Source of the DNA: Oculatellaceae cyanobacterium bins.114
GTDB taxonomy: Bacteria; Cyanobacteriota; Cyanobacteriia; Elainellales; Elainellaceae
Assembly (NCBI GenBank): GCA_033764315.1
Contig: JANRJA010000154.1
Coordinates: 1 to 43,309, forward strand
Direction of reading: 5' to 3'
DNA: 43,309 nucleotides
The position numbers and the translations under genes were made by a program. The notes beneath the pieces were generated by a model, which saw only the letters and a program-made list of their open reading frames with translations, had not been told where the DNA came from and did no database searches. Of this stretch, positions 16,343-27,112 are shown in pieces (the first letter of the stretch is position 1; each line of letters begins with the position of its first letter).

Positions 16343-16738
16343 CAATACACCTTTCAACAGACCAAGGACAACAACGGCTGAAACAGTCCTCGGTAGGAGT
16401 CTTCAATCATTTTTTGAATTTAGGTCTTTTATTTCACTCTAAAAGAGAAAGGTAAAGAACTAGGAAAGATGAGATAAATTGGGCAACCTGTCAAAAATTC
16501 ATGCTGCGGTATCATCCACGCCTTAGGGGAACCTGGCTCTGTAGCGATCGCCCCACGGGTGAAACCGCCCACATGGAGGGATATGAGGGATAATACCCTG
16601 GCTAAATCCGCCCCTGCAACCCGTCTTAGTTGATATCATGCTTACTCTATCTCCGTCCTAGGTGGAATGGCTAGATTGAGAAAGTACGCTAACGTTGATA
16701 AATCCTTTTAGGATATTCGGAAATAACGGCTAGATAGA

Positions 16739-19330
16739 GTGGATGTGAGAAGACTACATAGTTATGGAGTTGCTATTGTAAGCGTCTTAGTAACACTGGT
16801 ACTGACGCTTATCCTAGAGTCTTTACTGCAACCCACAACCCTGATTCTGTTCTATTTAGTGCCACTCTTAAGTGCCTTTTATGGCGGACACAAATCGGGG
16901 TTGCTCTCTGTCATATTGACGGGTTTGGTCAGTCGATATTTCTTCTTTGAACCTCAATACAGCCTTGCAGTGCCAGATATGGCTACTGGTTTGAGGTTAT
17001 CTGTGTTTGTTTTGGTGTTGTGGCTCATTAATTTTGTGAGTGCCTCGTTGCGTGATGCCAAGCGGCAAGCCGAAAAAAATTTATATCAATTACGCACGAG
17101 TGAAGAACACTTGCAATACGTTAAAGAAAGATTTGAACTGGCGACATCAACCGTTAAGGGATTGGTATATGAATGGAATTCTAAAACCAACTTAATTGAA
17201 CGCACTCCAGGATTAGTGGATTTAATCGGTTATCAGCTAGAGGAGGCAGATCCGACCCCCGAATGGTGGTATCAACAGGTGCATCCTGATGACCAAGTTT
17301 ATTTACGTCAGGCTAATCAAACAGCCATTGCTAGCGGTGATACTGGCTTTACGCTGGAATATCGAGTTCGTCATCGCAATGGACACTATCGATATGTGTG
17401 GGATCGAGCCCGCATTGAACGCGATCGCCACGGCAACCCTATTCGTGTGATTGGCTTTAATCTGGATATTACCGATCGCAAATGTGTCGAAGATGCATTG
17501 CGCGAGAGTGAAGAACGCTTTCGGACAATGGCCGATACGGCTCCTATGTTGGTGTGGATGTCAGGAGTTGATAAACGCTGCACTTATTTCAACAAAACCT
17601 GGCTTGATTTTACAGGACGCACCTTAGAGCAAGAAAACGGCAATGGCTGGCTAGAAGGGGTTCACCCAGAGGATTATCACTCTTGTCTAGCCACCTATGA
17701 AACGGCGTTTGATGCTCGACAACCTTTTTCAAGAGATTATCGCTTGCGGCGACACGATGGCGACTATCGCTGGGTGCTCGATCAGGGGGTGCCTCGCCTG
17801 ACACCCGATGGTGAGTTTTTAGGCTTTATCGGTAGCTGCGTTGATATTAGCGATCGCAAGTATATCGAAGAAACTCAACGCTATTTAGCAGAAGTTAGCG
17901 ACGTTCTGAGTAGTTCGCTTAATTATGAAGAAACTCTTACCAGTGTTGCCCGCTTAACTGTTCCTCACTTAGCAGATTGGTGTACGGTACATATTCGGGA
18001 AGAAGATGGAACGGTAAAACCTTTGGCGATCGCCCATGTCAATCCCGAAAAAATGGCATGGGCAAAGGAACTGAACCAACAGTATCCATTTGATCCACAC
18101 CAATCGCATGGGGTGGCTGAAGTCATGCGGAGTGGGCAACCCAAACTCTATCCTTATATCTCAGATGCACTGTTAGAGGATTTAGCTTGCGATGCTAAAC
18201 ATCTCAACGTGTTGCGCGAAGTGGGGTTTAGGTCAGCGATGATTGTGCCTCTAGCCACGCAAGAGCAAATCTTGGGAGCTATCTCATTTATCTACGCCGA
18301 GTCAGAACGACACTATAGTCAGCCAGATTTAGTTCTAGCGGTCGAGCTGGCACGTCGAGCCACATTAGCGGTTGAAAATGCACGTCTCTATCGAAATGCT
18401 CAGTCCGATCGCACTAAAGCCGAAGCGGCTAACCGGAGTAAAGATGAGTTTTTGGCAACGCTGTCTCACGAGTTGCGTACCCCTCTGAATGCTATGTTGG
18501 GGTGGATGCAACTCCTCAACCACCGTCAACTAGATGAGCCAACCGAAAAAAGGGCATTAGAAACGGTGCTCCGCAACACCAGAGTGCTCAAAACGATTAT
18601 TGAAGACTTGTTGGATGTCTCTCGTGTAACGAGTGGTAAACTCCAACTCAATATCCGCCCCATCGACTTGGCATCAGTGGTCGAAGCAGCGATCGAGGCG
18701 GTGCGCCCAGCGGCGATCGCCAAACAGATTCAGTTGCACCTCACCCTGGCAGACCTGTCGTCTGACCCCGTTGATCTCAACTCCAACCCATCTGCAACTC
18801 TAACCTCGACCTATCACGCATCGGATGACTCTAGCTCGTCGCCCTATCAAGTCATGGGGGATCCCGATCGATTACAGCAAGTCGTTTGGAATCTGCTATC
18901 TAACGCCGTTAAATTCACAGATCAAGGCGGACACATTAACGTTAAAGTGTCTACTGTTAAAGGCCAATCCCCTGTGGGGAGCAGCAAAGGCTTGTTGCCT
19001 GACAAAGAGCCGTTAACCTATGTTCAAATTCAAGTGATTGACACAGGCGTGGGCATTAGTCCTGACTTCTTGCCCTATATCTTCGAGCGGTTTCGCCAAG
19101 CCGACATGAGCATTACTAAAATTCACGGTGGTTTGGGGCTAGGACTGGCGATCGTCCGCCATTTAGTCGAGATGCACGGTGGCACCGTTTTTGCTGATAG
19201 CGAAGGGATTGGCAAAGGAACCACTTTCACCGTTCAGTTGCCTCTGCGATCGCCCCAATACCAAAAGCAGAGCAACTTTAACGCAGAACTCAAGCAACAC
19301 CAACCTTCAACGGCTCCCATTGAAGGTTGA
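16739..19330 (+). CDS. Membrane sensor histidine kinase (DUF4118-PAS-PAS-GAF-HisKA-HATPase)
   Basis: 4 N-terminal TM segments, two PAS/PAC (VHPDD, VHPED), [39 protein letters not shown]; no receiver domain. Confidence 0.92.
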   Translation: MDVRRLHSYGVAIVSVLVTLVLTLILESLLQPTTLILFYLVPLLSAFYGGHKSGLLSVILTGLVSRYFFFEPQYSLAVPDMATGLRLSVFVLVLWLINFVSASLRDAKRQAEKNLYQLRTSEEHLQYVKERFELATSTVKGLVYEWNSKTNLIERTPGLVDLIGYQLEEADPTPEWWYQQVHPDDQVYLRQANQTAIASGDTGFTLEYRVRHRNGHYRYVWDRARIERDRHGNPIRVIGFNLDITDRKCVEDALRESEERFRTMADTAPMLVWMSGVDKRCTYFNKTWLDFTGRTLEQENGNGWLEGVHPEDYHSCLATYETAFDARQPFSRDYRLRRHDGDYRWVLDQGVPRLTPDGEFLGFIGSCVDISDRKYIEETQRYLAEVSDVLSSSLNYEETLTSVARLTVPHLADWCTVHIREEDGTVKPLAIAHVNPEKMAWAKELNQQYPFDPHQSHGVAEVMRSGQPKLYPYISDALLEDLACDAKHLNVLREVGFRSAMIVPLATQEQILGAISFIYAESERHYSQPDLVLAVELARRATLAVENARLYRNAQSDRTKAEAANRSKDEFLATLSHELRTPLNAMLGWMQLLNHRQLDEPTEKRALETVLRNTRVLKTIIEDLLDVSRVTSGKLQLNIRPIDLASVVEAAIEAVRPAAIAKQIQLHLTLADLSSDPVDLNSNPSATLTSTYHASDDSSSSPYQVMGDPDRLQQVVWNLLSNAVKFTDQGGHINVKVSTVKGQSPVGSSKGLLPDKEPLTYVQIQVIDTGVGISPDFLPYIFERFRQADMSITKIHGGLGLGLAIVRHLVEMHGGTVFADSEGIGKGTTFTVQLPLRSPQYQKQSNFNAELKQHQPSTAPIEG

Positions 19331-19431
19331 GGAAGCCGCGATCAAAAACGTTAACGAATTTGTAGCAATTTTCCTCTATTCATAACTTTCGAGGATAGAA
19401 TGCGGGCTACTGAATTCTAAGGAAATTCACC

Positions 19432-20709
19432 ATGACTGAACTCGTGCGCTTCCGTCGAGAGGGCTGGAAACCCGTAGCATCACACCGCGAAGATCGAGGC
19501 ATTGTTAAAGTCGTTTGGCTGCAAGGTACTCCCTATGAGATGGGATACCAACACGGCAAACTATTGCACGAAGAAATTGATTCATTGCCCAGAAGTACAC
19601 TCGATGCCGTTAGCTTTTTAGGCAAGCATTTAGGATTGGCGAGTTTTGCTAAAAAGCGGTGTTTTAATGATGTGATCGAGGAATGTGAGGGGTTAGTAGC
19701 CGGAGCAAAAGGTACGGGTCTAACTATGAGTGTGGCCTTGGTTTTTGCCTTTGGAGATGTGTTTCAAGAGTATTTTGCTAATACCCTACCTCGCATCTTT
19801 AATGATGGTGCAGGGTTTCCCCAAGGGGTGTTTAACGATGTCGCCTGCTCTCAATTTATCGCATCGGGTAAAGCAACCACAGATGGTCGCCTCTATCACG
19901 GTCGCAGTTTAGATAATAATGGCAAACCCAACGAATATTGGTTAAAAAATCCAACCGTATTTGTTCGACAGCCCAATAATGGCATTCCCCATATGTTTAT
20001 TGCTGTTCCGGGGGTGGTATGGCCTAACTCTGGGATGAATGCCTCAGGCATTACGCTTGCGCTTGATACGGCTCATCCTAAAAACATTACAAAACTAGCC
20101 ACAACTGGACGTAGCCATGTGCAAATGATGGCTCAAATCTTAAAACAGGCAAACAGCTATGAAGAAGCCCGTGCGTTTATGCAATCTCAACGACGCATGG
20201 CAGCAGACTTAATTTTGATTGCCGATGGCATCTCTCGTAAGGCAGGTGTGTTTGAGCTAATCGCTCGCTCGATGGGCATCCGAGAAATGGGAGCCAATGG
20301 GGTGTTATATATGGCTAACCACTTTGTGTCGCCAGAGATGCAGGGAGAAGATCGCGATCCTCCCAGTCGATCGAGTCTGATTCGCCATGAGCGGTTTAAA
20401 CAATTGCTAGAACCAGGTGGTCCTCATTCTCGCCACGGCAAGATTAACCCAGCGGTGATGATTCAGATTTTGCGCGATCGCATCAATCCTTTTACGCTCA
20501 ATGAAAGCCCATCCACCATATATGATGACAACGCCAGCATTGCTACCAATGGGGTGGTGCGTCAGGTGGTGTTTGATTCGCAGCGATTGTTGTTTTGGTT
20601 GGCTACGGGGGAGGTGCCCATTCCCAAAAATCCGTTTGTTGGTTTTTCATTGGGGGAAATGCTCAATTTGCCTAACGCTGTTCCCTGTCAACCTTTGGTT
20701 TATCAATAG
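19432..20709 (+). CDS. Peptidase C45 family Ntn-hydrolase/acyltransferase
   Basis: L.GTPYEMGYQHG, autocleavage site A|CSQF, YHGRSLD, SGMN.SG, NHF, S..R..R; AAGGA RBS. Confidence 0.85.
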   Translation: MTELVRFRREGWKPVASHREDRGIVKVVWLQGTPYEMGYQHGKLLHEEIDSLPRSTLDAVSFLGKHLGLASFAKKRCFNDVIEECEGLVAGAKGTGLTMSVALVFAFGDVFQEYFANTLPRIFNDGAGFPQGVFNDVACSQFIASGKATTDGRLYHGRSLDNNGKPNEYWLKNPTVFVRQPNNGIPHMFIAVPGVVWPNSGMNASGITLALDTAHPKNITKLATTGRSHVQMMAQILKQANSYEEARAFMQSQRRMAADLILIADGISRKAGVFELIARSMGIREMGANGVLYMANHFVSPEMQGEDRDPPSRSSLIRHERFKQLLEPGGPHSRHGKINPAVMIQILRDRINPFTLNESPSTIYDDNASIATNGVVRQVVFDSQRLLFWLATGEVPIPKNPFVGFSLGEMLNLPNAVPCQPLVYQ

Positions 20710-20729
20710 ATTCCAGATTGGGTTTGCTG

Positions 20730-20940
20730 CCTTCGACGCGCTCAGTCAACGTTCCCTTGAACTTATACCGATTTAATTTTTGATTGTGACAGATAGCTGG
20801 TTAGGGGCGTTTCGCGAAACGCCCTTACAAAATCATGTGCAACGAAGCCAATTCAAATTAGTATTAGTCAGCGTCCCCTGCGCTCAGTCAGTGTCCTTTA
20901 TACTCAGTCAGCGTCCCCTGAATGTAGTCGAAGGGGACGC
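20730..20940. repeat. Composite REP/MITE region
   Basis: CTCAGTCAGCGTCCCCTG-type direct repeats (20864-20920) and CTTCGAC.../GTCGAAGG ends surround an insert (~20764-20866) with TATACC.ATT / AATTAGTATTA ends and an AGGGGCGTTTCGCGAAACGCCCTT palindrome. Confidence 0.65.
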
Positions 20941-21053
20941 CTTTAGCGAATGGACATAAAAGACGATGAGAGTCAGGGTTATGTTTTCGAGTTGGGGGTG
21001 CGGCTTTGCTAGACAACCTGTGATGTCGCTAGACAACCATTCATACCAGACGT

Positions 21054-22637
21054 TTAACCAGCCGCATTATTAAAAACAGGAGAAGAATCAGGAGGCTGTA
21101 GAGGGAGTTGAAGAGTAAAGCAGGTTTGATGAGAGTTGCTCTCAACCTGAATCGTTCCTCCTAAAACAGCCACTAATTTTTTGACCAGAGATAAGCCCAA
21201 CCCTGTCCCCCCCTGTCGCCAGCGATCGCTCTGAGGAATCCGATAAAACGGATCAAAAATGCGGTCTAACTCTTCTGGGACAATCTCAACTCCGGTATTG
21301 CAAACGCTGAGTTGAAGGTGTTGTGACTCAACAGAGGTGATTGAAATTGAAATTTGCTCTCCTGGAGGGCTATATTTGCAGGCGTTTCCCAATAGCTCCG
21401 TCAAAATCCGCTCTAGTGCGGTGCTGTCAGAGACGAGCACGGGTAAATCTGTCGCCACCTCAGTGTGGAGGGTGAGTTGGCGATCGTGTAGCCGAGCTTG
21501 AAACCCCTCTATTATGTGAGTAACCCATTCTAAAATCTGAATGGTTTCTAGATTAAGGATGTAGGCATCTGCATTGAGTTTCTGAAAATCTAGCAGGTCG
21601 TTCACTAGAGTCAGTTCGCGATCGCACTGATCTTGCAAAATGTGCAGATATTGATCGGTTCGCAGCCTGTCTACCCTGTCCTCACCAGCTTGCTGAATCA
21701 CCTGATTAAGGGTTACTTCTAGCATCCGAACCGCCATTTTAATATTTGTAAGAGGGGTTCGCAGTTCGTGTGAGATAGTGCTGAGAAAATCATCTTTAAG
21801 TTGATTTAGCCGTTGCATCTCAACCATTTGCATTTGCAACTGTTGATTGAGTGCCAATGCTACCCCCCGCTCTGCGGCAAGCCGTTTTTCAGTAATGTCT
21901 CGAAAGACTAAAACAGCCCCGGTGATGACATCCTGTTCATTTCTTAAAGGGGCAACACTGTCGGCAATCAGAATCATCCGCCCGTCTCTGGTGATCAGCA
22001 AGATTCCTTCAGGAAGCACCATCATCTCACCTCGCTCTAAGGCAGCAACAATTGGGTTTTCAACGGGGGTCAATGTTTGCTCATGCACGACTCGAAATAC
22101 CTCAGCAATCGGGCGATTGTAAATCGTGGCTTGAGAATAGCCCAGCAATGCCTCTGCGGCTGAGTTCAAAAATGTGATGCGGGCTTCAGCATCCACCACA
22201 ATCACACCATCTCCCATTCCCCGCAAAATTGTGGACAGCCAAGCTTCTCGCCGTTGCAACTCAACAGTCAACTGAAATTGCTGCATTGCCGTTTCAACGG
22301 CGACGTAAAGCTCTCGTTCTTCGATGGGTTTGAGCACATAACCAAACGGATTTGTTGCCTTTGCCCGATCAAGCGTATTGCGATCAGAATAGCCCGTGGC
22401 ATAGATAAATGGAATCTGAAACTGTCTCCAGATCTGAGCAGCGGCTTGGATGCCATCCATCTCGGTCTTGAGTCGAATGTCCATTAAAATCAGATCAGGT
22501 TGAAATTCTCTCGCTTTTGTGATGGCTTCTTCCCCTGATGAGGCGATCGCAGGCACCGTGTAGCCTAAATTTTCCAGAGATGCCCGAATATCTCTAGCAA
22601 TGATACGTTCGTCTTCAACTAGCAAAATTCGTACCAT
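21054..22637 (-). CDS. Hybrid kinase REC-PAS-HisKA-HATPase
   Basis: [53 protein letters not shown] at 22637 preferred. Confidence 0.92.
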   Translation of the reverse strand: MVRILLVEDERIIARDIRASLENLGYTVPAIASSGEEAITKAREFQPDLILMDIRLKTEMDGIQAAAQIWRQFQIPFIYATGYSDRNTLDRAKATNPFGYVLKPIEERELYVAVETAMQQFQLTVELQRREAWLSTILRGMGDGVIVVDAEARITFLNSAAEALLGYSQATIYNRPIAEVFRVVHEQTLTPVENPIVAALERGEMMVLPEGILLITRDGRMILIADSVAPLRNEQDVITGAVLVFRDITEKRLAAERGVALALNQQLQMQMVEMQRLNQLKDDFLSTISHELRTPLTNIKMAVRMLEVTLNQVIQQAGEDRVDRLRTDQYLHILQDQCDRELTLVNDLLDFQKLNADAYILNLETIQILEWVTHIIEGFQARLHDRQLTLHTEVATDLPVLVSDSTALERILTELLGNACKYSPPGEQISISITSVESQHLQLSVCNTGVEIVPEELDRIFDPFYRIPQSDRWRQGGTGLGLSLVKKLVAVLGGTIQVESNSHQTCFTLQLPLQPPDSSPVFNNAAG

Positions 22638-22669
22638 AGGTGTTTCCAGCAAATAGTCGGGAAAACCAA

Positions 22670-24541
22670 TCACGAGCGAACCTCCATAGGAAAAGTCACT
22701 GTAAATGTTGTTCCGGGGGGTTGAGCGATTTGAATGCTTCCTTCTAGCTGATCAACAAAATCTTGAACTAATTGCAAGCCCAGTGAAGTTGGTTCAGCTA
22801 AATCGAGCGAGTCAGGTAGACCAATGCCATTATCACTGACGCAAAGAATAATCTGAGATTTTTCGTTGGTGTGTAACGACACTTGAATTGTTCCCTTTGA
22901 GTCCACAGGAAACGCATATTTCAATGCATTTGATACCAACTCATTAATAATTAAGCCACAAGGCACAGCTTGATCGATCCCCAAGACAATAGAATCCACC
23001 TCAGTTTCTAGCGCGATCGCACTGGAATCAATTTTGTAAGCACTAAACAAGTAAGCTACTAGACTATTGACATATTGGGAAAAATCAATTTCTGCCATAT
23101 CGGCAGAGCGATAAAGCTTTTCGTGAACCAAGGCGATCGATTTAATCCGGTTTTGGCTCTCTAATAAGACATTAGTCACCTGCGGATCAGAATTGTATCG
23201 GGTCTGAAGCCGCAATAAGCTATAAACAATTTGCAAATTATTCTTGACTCGGTGGTGAATCTCTTGCAGCAAAACCTCCTTCTCTTTCAGTGAAGCTTGT
23301 AGCTTTTGCAACATTTTTCGATCAGTAATATCTACAGCAACACCCAATACTTGTTGTGGCGATTCCTCATCCATACTAGAAAATAGTGTTTCCTGGCATT
23401 GCAGATAATGCCAGTCTCCATCAGGTTGTTTTAATCGATACTCTCGTTGTAAAACACTCCCCTCAGTCATGGTGTACCACTGTTGTCGCCATTCCGTCAC
23501 TTTCATTAAATCGTCTAGATGCAACGCAACACCCAACAAATTATTTTTTTCAGCCTGCGTTAGTTCACTCCGCCGCTCCAACGAATCAACCGTATCCCGA
23601 TTGCTATAAACCATCCGGTTTTCAATGAAATCATAGACATACAGCAATATTGGAGCCGTGTCCGCGATTTTTTGAATAAACCGTTGACTATTTTGTAACG
23701 CAATTTCTGCCTGTTTGCGCTCGGTTATATCTCGACCAACTGATTGAAACTCGATGAACTGTTGTTCTTGATCAAACAATGCTCGATTGATCCATTGAGT
23801 CCAACGCACTTCTCCTTCTATCACAACTCGGTTCTCGATGGTCACAACCGGATTTTCGATATTCATCGCAGCAACGAGTTGGGCAACCTTGTCTCGATCT
23901 GCTTCATACACAATGGGTTGATATTGCTTACCAATGATTTCACTATGGTTAATGCCAAAGTAGCGACAATAGGCATCATTCACGAACAACAATGTGCCGT
24001 CAGATTGAAATCGAGTAATTAACTCAGTTTGGTCTTCGACGATCGCACGATATCGGGCTTCACTCTTGCGTCGTTCAGCGATCTCACGCTCTAACTCTCG
24101 ATTAGTCGCCTCTAATAGCGTTTGACTAGGAAGAGCTAACGCTTTAGGCACCAGAAAGATCAGTAATATTGCTGTAGTTACTGAGATCAAAGCCGTAATA
24201 GATTTGACAAAACCAGACAGCCAGTAGGTGGGATGCCAGAGCGTCCAAATTTCTAACAAGTGAGTTGTGCCACAAGCCACAATAAAACTTCCAAACAAGA
24301 GAAACACCCAATCAAAGGGTAAGTCTTGTCGCTTGCGAACAAAGATAAATAGAGTAATTGGAATAGAGTAGTATGCCAGCGCAATCCATGCATCAGATAA
24401 TACATGGAGCCACACCAAATCGGGCTTCCACAAATAGCAGTGCCCATGTGGAATAAATGTTGCAGATGCAATGAATGGGTTGAGCAATATGAGGAAGTTG
24501 TCATCCAATAATGGGTAATGAAGCATGAGGGATGGCATCAT
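22670..24541 (-). CDS. Histidine kinase with ethylene-receptor-like 3-TM input, 2 PAS and HisKA_2 domains
   Basis: SDAWIALAYYSIP...FIVACGTTHL; EIHHRVKNNLQ, HEKLY, NELVSNALKYAF, DNGIG, SLGL. Confidence 0.9.
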   Translation of the reverse strand: MMPSLMLHYPLLDDNFLILLNPFIASATFIPHGHCYLWKPDLVWLHVLSDAWIALAYYSIPITLFIFVRKRQDLPFDWVFLLFGSFIVACGTTHLLEIWTLWHPTYWLSGFVKSITALISVTTAILLIFLVPKALALPSQTLLEATNRELEREIAERRKSEARYRAIVEDQTELITRFQSDGTLLFVNDAYCRYFGINHSEIIGKQYQPIVYEADRDKVAQLVAAMNIENPVVTIENRVVIEGEVRWTQWINRALFDQEQQFIEFQSVGRDITERKQAEIALQNSQRFIQKIADTAPILLYVYDFIENRMVYSNRDTVDSLERRSELTQAEKNNLLGVALHLDDLMKVTEWRQQWYTMTEGSVLQREYRLKQPDGDWHYLQCQETLFSSMDEESPQQVLGVAVDITDRKMLQKLQASLKEKEVLLQEIHHRVKNNLQIVYSLLRLQTRYNSDPQVTNVLLESQNRIKSIALVHEKLYRSADMAEIDFSQYVNSLVAYLFSAYKIDSSAIALETEVDSIVLGIDQAVPCGLIINELVSNALKYAFPVDSKGTIQVSLHTNEKSQIILCVSDNGIGLPDSLDLAEPTSLGLQLVQDFVDQLEGSIQIAQPPGTTFTVTFPMEVRS

Positions 24542-24772
24542 AAACTAAAACCACAAAATGGTGCGAATGCATCTCCTCATTATGTATGTTTCATTGCGGA
24601 ATAAAATGCAGGAATTGAGATAGCACGTGAAAACATCTCTAAAATTTATGTGCCTCTGCATTCTTCTTTGACAAAAAATATTGTACTTTCCTACTTCGTT
24701 AACCTTTTGAAGCTTAAGTCCCTTGTTCTAGGCACCTTTACAAAGAATTGAGATAAGGTATTAAAATTTCGT

Positions 24773-26665
24773 TTAACTAGCACGACCTAGCGGCAATCTT
24801 AATACAAACGAAGTTTGATTTCCCTTACTTTCAACCTGAATTCTTCCTCCTAAACGGTCTACTAATTTTTTGACCAGTGCCAATCCTAAGCCAGTCCCTC
24901 CCCGTTTCCAAAAATCCTTATTTGGAAGGCGATAAAATTTCTCAAAAATTCGTTCCTGTTCTTCTACAGAAATCTCAACTCCAGTATTGGTTACACAAAT
25001 CAGTACATGAGGCAGTGAGAGTGAAAGAAGTTTTTCTGTAGACTGATTCTCTAAACGATTTCCGACCATCATTCTTGCAGAGATGACGATTTTTTGATGG
25101 GATGGAGTGTATTTGCAGGCATTGTGCAGAAGTTCGGTGAGAACGCGATTGAGAGATTCCAAATGACTATAAAACACTGGGAGATCATCTGGAATATTTA
25201 GGATTAGTTCCTGTTGTTGACTCTGAATGCGTTCTAAAAATGCGGTTACAAGGGGCGGAATTTGGAGGTGGAGATCGATGGCAGCTAATTCTAAAGGTTC
25301 AGAGGCACCATCTAAACGAGCTAAGTCTAATAGGTCATTAATTAATCCAATTTCTCGCTTGCACTCATCCTGTAAGATTTGCACATAGCGATTAATTGGG
25401 CTTTTTATATCTTGATCTGTAGCTTGCAAATGAATCGTTAGCATCTGAGTTGCCATTTTGATGTTAGCCATAGGAGCCCGCAATTCATGAGATGCCATGC
25501 TCAAAAAGTCATCTTTGAGCCGATTAAGTCGCTCTAGCTCTTTGACTTGCGCTTGCAATGTTTGATAGAGGCGAGCCTGGCGAAGGGCGATCGCACATTG
25601 GTTCGCTACCTGTTGAATTAATCGCCAATCTTGATCATTAAAGGCATAGTATTGGTGATTGAGCAGCCATAAATCGCCTAGAACCCCCTGGTCATCTAGG
25701 ATGGGGTGGACTAGGACAGCTAGCTTTCCTCGGTCTGGATTTGGCGTCAGCGAACACAGTTGAAATGTTTCACCCCGCAGTAATTGTTCATAAAGTTCTC
25801 GATAAATCGCCATATTCAGGGTTCGCCCCTGATAAGAACACGAAAGTTGGCTAAATTCATAGCGAACATGGGAGCGTTCTTGCTCCAGGTCATAGATCGC
25901 AGCGTTACAAGCAACGGCTCCAACGGCTTGAGCCAATTCACGCACAGCTGTTTGCATAATCTGGCTCTCATCCAGGCTATCGCGCACCTTATCGGTGATG
26001 CGCTTGAGAGTTGCCTCAAACTCAAAAGAGAGTTGCAGTTGAGCAGTGCGGGCTTTGACTTGTCGCTCTAGAGAATGATTGAGCCGCCAAATTTCTTTTT
26101 GTATGCGCTTGCGATCGCTTACATCCCGGTAGTTGAGAACAATCGCTTGGACAGAAGGCTCATTTAAACAGTTGCAGCCAACGCCTTCTAAATAACGGCA
26201 ATCTCCAGTAACCGTACGCAACCGAAAGGAGAACTGAAATTCAACATGAGGGTTTGTCAAACAAGTCGCAAACTTTTGCTGAATTTGTTTTATGTCAGCA
26301 GAGTATAGATGTCTAAAGATACTGTGCCCCTCCAACTCAGTGGGGCTATAGCCCAATATTCGCTCAACGGATGGGCTGATATATAGGCAAATTCCTTGGC
26401 GATCAACCAAAACAATGCCATCTGCACTGCGCTCTGTCAGTGCTCGAAACCGTGACTCACTGGCTTGCAGAGCGGCTTCAATTTGTCTACGTTCAGCGAT
26501 TTCCTGTGCTAATCGTTGATTGGCTACCTTAATTTGATTCGTATGCTCCTGTCGTTCTAAAGCGAGAGCTATCAGTTGGTTATTAGTCGTTACTAATTCT
26601 TCATACAGTAGGCGAATGATGGTTTGTGAGGAAGTGGGTTCGCCACGAAAATGTTCGGTAGTCAT
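24773..26665 (-). CDS. Cytoplasmic histidine kinase PAS-GAF-HisKA-HATPase
   Basis: PAS (YISPSVERILGY), GAF (R.SLDE..I.QTAV.EL...AIALRQARLY), SHELRAP, NACKY, GGTGLGL; AAGGAG RBS. Confidence 0.92.
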   Translation of the reverse strand: MTTEHFRGEPTSSQTIIRLLYEELVTTNNQLIALALERQEHTNQIKVANQRLAQEIAERRQIEAALQASESRFRALTERSADGIVLVDRQGICLYISPSVERILGYSPTELEGHSIFRHLYSADIKQIQQKFATCLTNPHVEFQFSFRLRTVTGDCRYLEGVGCNCLNEPSVQAIVLNYRDVSDRKRIQKEIWRLNHSLERQVKARTAQLQLSFEFEATLKRITDKVRDSLDESQIMQTAVRELAQAVGAVACNAAIYDLEQERSHVRYEFSQLSCSYQGRTLNMAIYRELYEQLLRGETFQLCSLTPNPDRGKLAVLVHPILDDQGVLGDLWLLNHQYYAFNDQDWRLIQQVANQCAIALRQARLYQTLQAQVKELERLNRLKDDFLSMASHELRAPMANIKMATQMLTIHLQATDQDIKSPINRYVQILQDECKREIGLINDLLDLARLDGASEPLELAAIDLHLQIPPLVTAFLERIQSQQQELILNIPDDLPVFYSHLESLNRVLTELLHNACKYTPSHQKIVISARMMVGNRLENQSTEKLLSLSLPHVLICVTNTGVEISVEEQERIFEKFYRLPNKDFWKRGGTGLGLALVKKLVDRLGGRIQVESKGNQTSFVLRLPLGRAS

Positions 26666-26676
26666 GGCATAGCTCC

Positions 26677-26988
26677 TTACACTACAACAGTTAGGGTCTG
26701 GCCATCTTTTGCCAGTACCTGCAATAACTTTTGAGCAACAAGAGTTGCCCGGTTCCCTGCTAGCTGCGGGAGGCTATCCACTGCTAATGGGCCATTAAAC
26801 CCTTGGAATGTAGACCAAAGAGAGAGATTGACTGCCACTGATGTTCTGATTTCAGTCGGGTTGAGTGCATTACTTTCAAATAATTCCCTGATAGCTAGAA
26901 AAATGAACAAAGCTAGAGTGGCTGATATAGCTGTCGTTTCATGATTGAGGAGACTAGAATTGGAGAGCGCATGAAGGGAATGCCCCAA
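26677..26988 (-). CDS. Hypothetical small protein
   Basis: 103-aa ORF ending 11 bp before the kinase start on the same strand; TTG start, no recognisable motif. Confidence 0.35.
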   Translation of the reverse strand: MGHSLHALSNSSLLNHETTAISATLALFIFLAIRELFESNALNPTEIRTSVAVNLSLWSTFQGFNGPLAVDSLPQLAGNRATLVAQKLLQVLAKDGQTLTVVV

Positions 26989-27112
26989 TCGGGCTAGTCT
27001 GCAATACGTCTTTTGAGTTAGCCGCAGGACAGTTTATAGACTGACCGCCTGGATGAGGTGGTTTGCGATCGCTCCTCCTACGCTAGAGATAGAAGGTTTA
27101 GCAAAATGTGTT

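Noticed and set aside
16500-16640. GC-rich intergenic stretch as a possible ncRNA
   Set aside because: No recognisable family motif, convincing long stem or terminator.
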